From IMG/VR virus record IMGVR_UViG_3300032334_001259, positions 248,001 through 312,000 of that record: DNA of 64,000 nucleotides, one strand, 5' to 3'. A program made the translations under genes and the position numbers. The notes below the pieces were generated by a model, which had not been told where the DNA came from, did no database searches, and was given only the letters and a program-made list of their open reading frames with translations. This document shows, piece by piece, positions 58,166 to 64,000 of this stretch. The stretch's first letter is position 1; each line of letters opens with the position of its first letter.

Positions 58166-60043
58166 TTAAAATTCAAAGACTTTTTCTAAATTATCAGAAA
58201 TTAAAATACCATCTTCAATTTCTTTAACTTTTACTTTAAGTTGCTTTGTGCAGTCAGTTAAATCATAAATTAAACTATCCGCATGAGTAGTAAGTGAAAC
58301 TGGGTGCAATGCCTTTTCAATTTCTTCTTGATCATACCCAATTCGTTTCTTTTTTGCCATTGAGTAAACCACCGCACGAGTAACTAACCATGCCATTTCA
58401 TTAGATGCAATTTCTTTTGCTGCATCTTTTATTTTTTCAAATATTTCTTCTTCTCTGGTTTGATATTCTGCAACTAGTTCTTCTACTGCCTTATCTACAA
58501 CTTCATACATGCAATTTACATAAATTGCCTGATCTTCAATATATTCTGCAGCACGATGTTCTAAACTTGTAGCACTTGCTTTTTCTAAATCATCTTCTGT
58601 TCTAATAAATTGAATTGCAGGCACTGTGGCGGCAATTTGAAAATTACTGCCTGGCACATATGGAATTTGTTTTGTTTTAGGACTTTTTACAGCGTTGAAA
58701 CTATTGCCAGCACCTTTTTTCTTACTAGGTGCCAAGAATCCTGTTTGCCCTTTATCTCTTGTTACGGTAACCATAAGTTCATCAAGTAATTGTTGTGCAC
58801 GTTTAGTAATATCTTCACTACTGACATTTGATGGTGCATATTCTCTAATTTTTTCTTTAAACCATTCAGGCATATTTTCACGAATTTCACGTGCATATTC
58901 TAACATTTGAATTTCAGTTTTTTCAGCATTTGGTTTTAATATTTTTTGACGATACTGATCTGGTTGTACATTGCTTTCGTCTGGCAACTCAACAAAAATG
59001 CGAAAATATCTAGCACTGTATAAAACACCTAATGCACCTGCAATCTTTTTCCATTTACTATCAGTTGCAACATCATAAATTTCATTTTTATAAACAAGAC
59101 CACTAAAGGAAGCAACAGTAGCATAACCTAATGCAGTAGTAGTTGGTTTATCTTGGTTAGCATATCCTGAAAAACCACTTGGACCATCATAAACATACCA
59201 AATTTTTATACCACTTCCATTTTTGTCATTAACAAATTCTTGAATAACCTTATCGGGTTTTGACATAGAAGTATGTGTAATATGTTCTAAAATTGTTAAG
59301 AATCGTATATTAAGATGTTTATGTTTTGAAAAACCAACTTCTAATCGCAAACTGACGGTATTTGGAATTCGGAAAAAACGACGATACATTTGATTGATTA
59401 ACCATGCACTAGGTTTCTGTTCTTCACCATCATAGGGACGTTCAACCGTATTTTGATTAGGATTATTACCACAAAGCACAATTGCTGTCCAATCTTCATT
59501 GGTATCCCATGGTATTGTTGCAAGTCCAGTAATATCCCAAACATCCTTATACCCAGTTGGACTTTCACCATCTGTTTCTACAAAATCATAACGGCAATAA
59601 TTTGCTTGTCCTTTGCTATTAATTTCTTTTCGTAAAAGTGAAATGGAAACTTTCTTATTCTTACATGAAATCCAAATCATTCCTTCTTGATTTACACCCA
59701 TTGCTGTAACTTTTGCGCCGATACCAAAATTTTGATCAAGGCGTTGAATTTTGTTGAGTGATGATGATAAATTAGTAACTTCTCGCAATTCTTTGGCAGA
59801 CATACCAGTGCCATTATTCCAGAAAGTAAGTTTTTTTATATTAAAACCAAAATCACCAAAAACATTTTCGTTAAATCCAAAAACAGAAGGATCAGTTTCT
59901 AGTATTTGAATTTTTGGTTCTTTTGCTGTGATAGATGCTTCAATGGAATTTTGAATTAATTCTCGTATCATCATTTCACTTGGGGCTTGTTCAATTGTAC
60001 GAGTAATAAGATAAGACGTATTTGTAACGTTTAATGCAGTCAT
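58166..60043 (-). CDS. GHKL (HSP90/MORC-like) ATPase protein
   Basis: IRELIQNS, NNGTGMS, NFGIGAK and WT motifs; AAGGA SD. Confidence 0.75.
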   Translation of the reverse strand: MTALNVTNTSYLITRTIEQAPSEMMIRELIQNSIEASITAKEPKIQILETDPSVFGFNENVFGDFGFNIKKLTFWNNGTGMSAKELREVTNLSSSLNKIQRLDQNFGIGAKVTAMGVNQEGMIWISCKNKKVSISLLRKEINSKGQANYCRYDFVETDGESPTGYKDVWDITGLATIPWDTNEDWTAIVLCGNNPNQNTVERPYDGEEQKPSAWLINQMYRRFFRIPNTVSLRLEVGFSKHKHLNIRFLTILEHITHTSMSKPDKVIQEFVNDKNGSGIKIWYVYDGPSGFSGYANQDKPTTTALGYATVASFSGLVYKNEIYDVATDSKWKKIAGALGVLYSARYFRIFVELPDESNVQPDQYRQKILKPNAEKTEIQMLEYAREIRENMPEWFKEKIREYAPSNVSSEDITKRAQQLLDELMVTVTRDKGQTGFLAPSKKKGAGNSFNAVKSPKTKQIPYVPGSNFQIAATVPAIQFIRTEDDLEKASATSLEHRAAEYIEDQAIYVNCMYEVVDKAVEELVAEYQTREEEIFEKIKDAAKEIASNEMAWLVTRAVVYSMAKKKRIGYDQEEIEKALHPVSLTTHADSLIYDLTDCTKQLKVKVKEIEDGILISDNLEKVFEF

Positions 60044-60158
60044 AATGTTTTCCTTTTATAAGTTCTTAAAACTAACCAACTATGTGGTAACTATGTTTTA
60101 GGTAATAATACTTATTATACACACTCTGCATAAAAAAATAAAATTAATTTTTTTAAAA

Positions 60159-60292
60159 AAGTGCGGGTAGGATTTATACCTACAATTTGATGGTATTAAC
60201 AAGCTACAGATTTAACAGACCCTTGCTTTCTAGTTCCTTTATTTCCATCATGCCGATACTCCAATACGTGTCCTGCCCACGCCGCCGCACTT
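60159..60292 (-). ncRNA. tRNA-shaped ncRNA with enlarged central arm
   Basis: 8-bp terminal stem, D-like and T-like arms, inner TGATGG/CCATCA helix, own promoter, U-tract. Confidence 0.6.
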
Positions 60293-60297
60293 ATCTC

Positions 60298-60326
60298 TTT
60301 ATATATTATTGTATTAGTGCTGTCAA
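60298..60326 (-). promoter_or_regulatory. sigma70 promoter of the tRNA-like RNA
   Basis: TTGACA-17-TATAAA; RNA stem begins 5 nt later. Confidence 0.7.
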
Positions 60327-61324
60327 TGTATTTGTTGTAAGTTTTTTAAAAAACTATTTGTGCATTTTTCCCAAGTATAATCTTTGCTTATTTTATGTAC
60401 ATTTTTGCGATTACAGTCTAGTGCATATTCAATGGCAATTTGTAAATTGTCATCCATAGCACCATTTACACCATTTATTATAATATCAGTTGGACCTGTA
60501 ACTGGATATGCTGCAATTGGTGTTCCACATGCCATTGCTTCTAACATTACCACACCAAAGGTATCAGTCTTACTTGGAAATACAAATACATCTGAGTTAG
60601 CATAATATTCAGCAAGTGCATCACCATGTTTATAACCTGTAAAAATTACGTCGTTATATTTCTTTTTTAATTCTGCCAAGTATGGACCATCACCAACTAA
60701 TATTTTTGTTCCGTCAGTTTTTAGACTGCAAAAATCATCTAAACCTTTTTCTATGCTTGCACGACTTACGCAAAGTAATATAGGTTTAGTTGCTTGATTT
60801 GACTTACGTTTTTTGGGATTAAATATTTTAGTATCAACTCCACGATTCCATACAGCAAGACGTTCAAATCCACGTCCTTGTAATTCTTGTCGCATAGTTT
60901 CATTTGTAACTAAAACCCGTGTGCTAAACTTATGAAACCAACGAATAAACCAATAACCCCAATCTACGGGTATATTAAAATATTTGTTAAAGTATTCTGG
61001 AAATTTTGTATGATAACTTGTGTTATGTGGAATACTGCGCTTATCTACTTTGCAATACCAACGTGCGGCAAATCCTAATGGACCCTCTGTAGCAATATGA
61101 ATAGCATCTGGCTTAAACGATTCAATCATGGGACCAACACGCCAAATATTAAGTGTAAGTTTTATTTCTGGATAACCTGGCGCTGGCACAGTCTTAAATT
61201 GACTAGGTTCAATAACCTGAACTATATGTCCAAGTCGTTCTAACTCTGCAACAGTGTTTATAAGAGTTGTAACAACACCATTTACACTTGGTGCGTATGT
61301 ATCAGTTACCAGTGAGATTCGCAT
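60323..61324 (-). CDS. GT4 glycosyltransferase, Agt-like glycolipid synthase
   Basis: VTDTY.P.VNGVV.TL, YPEI, HIATEGPLG, SYHTKFPEY, EKG and SKTDTFGVVMLEAMACG motifs. Confidence 0.85.
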   Translation of the reverse strand: MRISLVTDTYAPSVNGVVTTLINTVAELERLGHIVQVIEPSQFKTVPAPGYPEIKLTLNIWRVGPMIESFKPDAIHIATEGPLGFAARWYCKVDKRSIPHNTSYHTKFPEYFNKYFNIPVDWGYWFIRWFHKFSTRVLVTNETMRQELQGRGFERLAVWNRGVDTKIFNPKKRKSNQATKPILLCVSRASIEKGLDDFCSLKTDGTKILVGDGPYLAELKKKYNDVIFTGYKHGDALAEYYANSDVFVFPSKTDTFGVVMLEAMACGTPIAAYPVTGPTDIIINGVNGAMDDNLQIAIEYALDCNRKNVHKISKDYTWEKCTNSFLKNLQQIH

Positions 61325-62051
61325 TTTTATATTTAATTATAAACCAATGACCATTATAATCTTCAACTAATGCTGTGCAACTTTCAACCCAATCACCGCA
61401 ATTCATATATTTTATATCACCTATTTCACGTATATTTGCGTGATGTATATGTCCGCATATAATTCCATTTGCACCACGTGTTCTCGCAAAACTAGCAAGA
61501 TTATCTTCAAAATCACCAATAAAGTTTACTGCCTTTTTAACTTTATATTTTGCCCAAGCACTTAAACTCCAATATGGTAACTTAAATAAATTTCTAATTC
61601 TTGCTATAACAACATTTAATGCAATTGTTAAATCATATGCCCAACTACCAATATGACTTAACCATTTCATATTTTTAATAACAACATCAAACTGGTCTCC
61701 ATGCATAACAATATATTTTTTACCATCTAAGCTGGCATGTGTAATATTATCCACGAGACAAATATTACCAAAGCTATACTCTCCAAATGTTCGTAAAAAT
61801 TCATCGTGATTTCCTGGCAAATAATAGACTTGAACGCCTTTTCTTGCCAAACGCATAAGTTTTTGGATTACATCATTATGATGTTGCGGCCAGTAAAAAC
61901 TTTTAGCCATTGCCCAACCATCAATTATGTCACCAACAAGATACAGACGTTCACACTCAAAAGTTTTAATAAATTCAAGCAAATCATTTGCTTGACTCAT
62001 ACGAGTGCCTAAATGCACATCGCTTATAAAGACACTACGATAATAATTCAT
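61302..62051 (-). CDS. metallophosphoesterase, PlcP-like phospholipase C (LpxH family)
   Basis: SDVHLG, GDIIDGW, WPQ.HNDV.QK, GNHD, HGDQFD, YWSLS, CGHIH and GDWVESCTAL motifs. Confidence 0.85.
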   Translation of the reverse strand: MNYYRSVFISDVHLGTRMSQANDLLEFIKTFECERLYLVGDIIDGWAMAKSFYWPQHHNDVIQKLMRLARKGVQVYYLPGNHDEFLRTFGEYSFGNICLVDNITHASLDGKKYIVMHGDQFDVVIKNMKWLSHIGSWAYDLTIALNVVIARIRNLFKLPYWSLSAWAKYKVKKAVNFIGDFEDNLASFARTRGANGIICGHIHHANIREIGDIKYMNCGDWVESCTALVEDYNGHWFIIKYKNANLTGN

Positions 62052-62095
62052 ATAAAATATTTACCTGACCATTTATGTAAGTTTTATGATGCTTT

Positions 62096-62626
62096 TTAGT
62101 GTTTAGTATAAGAATAACCACTACAAGGAGGAGTTAAACATTGTATATTCATATTGCTACTATCTGGTGTATTAAGGTTATCTTGCACAACAGTTGCACC
62201 AATATCACTACCACTCAAATTAAGAACAAAACTTTTATTAGCATCGCCAGTTTGGGTAATACTTGCATTATTATTGTTGTTTTGTGTTGTAGCATCCAAA
62301 TTAATGGCGGCAGTATGATTACCGCTACCATTTTGTAAAATAGTAAGTGTGTTGTTATTGTTATTTGAAGCATTTGTATTAGTATTGTAAGTCCCATCAT
62401 AATTTTTTCCTACTGGTGGTGTTCCAATAAAAGCAAGATGATCTCCGCTTCCTTCTTGAACTATTGTATGATTATTACTATCGCCTTTGTTTAGTAGAAT
62501 TGCTTCACTATTTCCACTTGAACTTTGGTCTAGGTAAAAAATATTTCCATTTCCAACTTGATCAATATAAACACTGCCTGCGTAACAAGGTGTGGTAATC
62601 ATTAGTAAGAATAATAATTTTTTCAT
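62096..62626 (-). CDS. secreted curlin-like repeat protein
   Basis: signal peptide; repeated x-Q-x-G-x-x-N units; Asn/Gln/Gly-rich. Confidence 0.65.
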   Translation of the reverse strand: MKKLLFLLMITTPCYAGSVYIDQVGNGNIFYLDQSSSGNSEAILLNKGDSNNHTIVQEGSGDHLAFIGTPPVGKNYDGTYNTNTNASNNNNNTLTILQNGSGNHTAAINLDATTQNNNNNASITQTGDANKSFVLNLSGSDIGATVVQDNLNTPDSSNMNIQCLTPPCSGYSYTKH

Positions 62627-63741
62627 TGTGATTGTGCAATCCTTATCAAGCTACCGCCAGCATGTTGAACATTTTGAATAAGTGTAGTTCCATCTTGTGT
62701 TAATTGTATAGTTGTTGCACTATCCTTATCAACTCCAATTTGGCTAAAACTATTTGCGCCAACACGATATAGCACAACGGTTTGGTCTTGTTTATAATAT
62801 AATAAACCAGCAGCTTTATTAGGTTTATAATTTGGCAACATTTGATTTTCACCACCCAACATACTTTCAAGTAGTGCAGCATTTAGCAAGTCAAGTTGAT
62901 TTACCAATAATACAGAATCAAGTTGGTTAATATCAAGTTTGTTGAATCCCATAAGATAATTCATATCAAGTTCATCAAACTTTAGAAAATCTTTATCAAG
63001 AAAATTAATATCAAGTGCAGTTTTTTGTGTTGTTTCATTTTCTGCTGATTTCTTTGGTGGGGTTAAAATTAACATATTATTAATTTGTTCTTGATTTAAC
63101 ACAAGTATAACGGGTTTAGTTGGATTCTGTTCTTTTGCACTTGTAGTTGTTGCTTGAAATGGTTTATCAAGATGAACTGTACCCATATCAGTAGTGACAT
63201 CAATCTTTCCAGTAACACAATCTTTTTCAATATTTTTGTAACCTACAGGACAGCTTGGCAACAGAACTACAAGACTGCGACCTAATTCATCAACTGTCAT
63301 ACTAAAGTCAGTTCCACGAACACCAATGACAGCAGTTGGTGTTTCAATTTTAACTTGCTGTGGATTTTCTTTTGCTATTTGTCCACTGGCATAGGTTGCA
63401 GTTCCAATAGCAACTTTAATACCAAGTTTGCTTGCACTTGCATTATTTGGATCATATACAAAGTCATCAATTACAAGTTTACTTTGTTCAGTGATTTGCA
63501 CTTTGGTATCATCTTCGAAAGTAATACCTACACGTGCACGAGCGGTGACAACGGCATCATTCATTTCAACGCCGCTGTTCACCGCACTTGGTATACTTTC
63601 TTTATCTCGTTGAATTTCAGTTGGTCCAGTTTGTTCAGTTACTTTACCAACAGCCGCCCAACAATCAGTTACTGCTGTTAACAGTAATACTGTTGTTAGA
63701 ACCGTTGCTCTTGATATCAACTTTACTATCGATTGTGCCAC
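62623..63741 (-). CDS. FecR-domain periplasmic protein
   Basis: signal/TM segment; F.DDT.V.I.E.S.L.ID.FVYD and ETPTAVIGVRGTDF motifs; exact start uncertain. Confidence 0.85.
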   Translation of the reverse strand: MAQSIVKLISRATVLTTVLLLTAVTDCWAAVGKVTEQTGPTEIQRDKESIPSAVNSGVEMNDAVVTARARVGITFEDDTKVQITEQSKLVIDDFVYDPNNASASKLGIKVAIGTATYASGQIAKENPQQVKIETPTAVIGVRGTDFSMTVDELGRSLVVLLPSCPVGYKNIEKDCVTGKIDVTTDMGTVHLDKPFQATTTSAKEQNPTKPVILVLNQEQINNMLILTPPKKSAENETTQKTALDINFLDKDFLKFDELDMNYLMGFNKLDINQLDSVLLVNQLDLLNAALLESMLGGENQMLPNYKPNKAAGLLYYKQDQTVVLYRVGANSFSQIGVDKDSATTIQLTQDGTTLIQNVQHAGGSLIRIAQSQ

Positions 63742-64000
63742 CTTGTGTCACTCCAACGTTATTTGAACTACCTGTTACATCAACTTTTGCATCAAAACCA
63801 GTAGCGCCAGCAGGACCACTTTGTTGAACGCTTACTACATTACTGTCACCAGTTGCTTTAATATCAGCCTTTGCACCTAACATATTAGTAGTGCTACTGT
63901 TGATACTTGCATTATTATTGTCACCAGTTACAGCAATACCCATAGTGCTTTTTGCACTTGCAGTCACACTTAATGTATTTCCACTACCAGTTGCGTTTGC
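63665..64000 (-). CDS. curlin-like repeat protein (C-terminal part; starts outside window)
   Basis: frame open to the window edge; repeats V.G..NN..I.Q / QQSG / TQGG. Confidence 0.65.
   Translation of the reverse strand, partial: ANATGSGNTLSVTASAKSTMGIAVTGDNNNASINSSTTNMLGAKADIKATGDSNVVSVQQSGPAGATGFDAKVDVTGSSNNVGVTQGGTIDSKVDIKSNGSNNSITVNSSN

Noticed and set aside
60159-60292. selC, tmRNA, YrlA or intron-containing tRNA
   Set aside because: There is no UCA anticodon arm; it is too short for tmRNA; it is not circularly permuted like YrlA and no Ro gene is nearby; the T-loop is non-canonical and the insert is too short for a group I intron.
1-64000. Stop-codon reassignment (alternative genetic code)
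   Set aside because: Recognisable genes are full length in code 11, coding density is high, and no suppressor tRNA was seen.
1-64000. Bacterial chromosome or prophage origin
   Set aside because: The host-like genes (clpA, dnaJ, infA, speD) are interleaved with spanins, a gp44-like clamp loader, Rnl1, homing endonucleases and fibre genes, with no bacterial operon context or integrase.

Overview
This is 64 kb of an AT-rich, gene-dense jumbo/huge tailed phage genome in the standard genetic code, mostly on the minus strand. The host is probably Gram-negative and alphaproteobacterial; this is an inference from the spanins, the IF1 N-terminus, the PlcP/Agt-like pair and the leaderless starts. From start to end the window contains: ClpA, DnaJ and GroES chaperones; a spanin-holin lysis cassette; PhoH; a clamp loader; a short stand-alone DnaE fragment; MazG; a baseplate/fibre operon; IscA and IF1; a large SAM-centred modification region (three radical SAM enzymes, an amidinotransferase, an asparagine-synthase-like protein, SGNH proteins, a C-methyltransferase, MtnN and SpeD); RNA repair genes (Rnl1 and a split PNK); five tRNAs interleaved with homing endonucleases; a GH19 endolysin; candidate capsid-packaged proteins; and a terminal envelope module (curlin-like genes, FecR, a PlcP-Agt-like lipid remodelling pair and a CHASE2 adenylate cyclase). 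The most notable observations are the phage-borne phospholipid-to-glycolipid remodelling pair, the curlin/FecR/cyclase signalling module, two unannotated stand-alone ncRNA candidates (a 134-nt tRNA-shaped RNA and a ~205-nt A-rich RNA with three periodic repeats), a Bpt/ATE1-like transferase alongside ClpA, ORFs whose stop codons lie inside tRNA genes, and systematic leaderless gene starts. All protein calls come from recognising motifs by eye; no database search was run.
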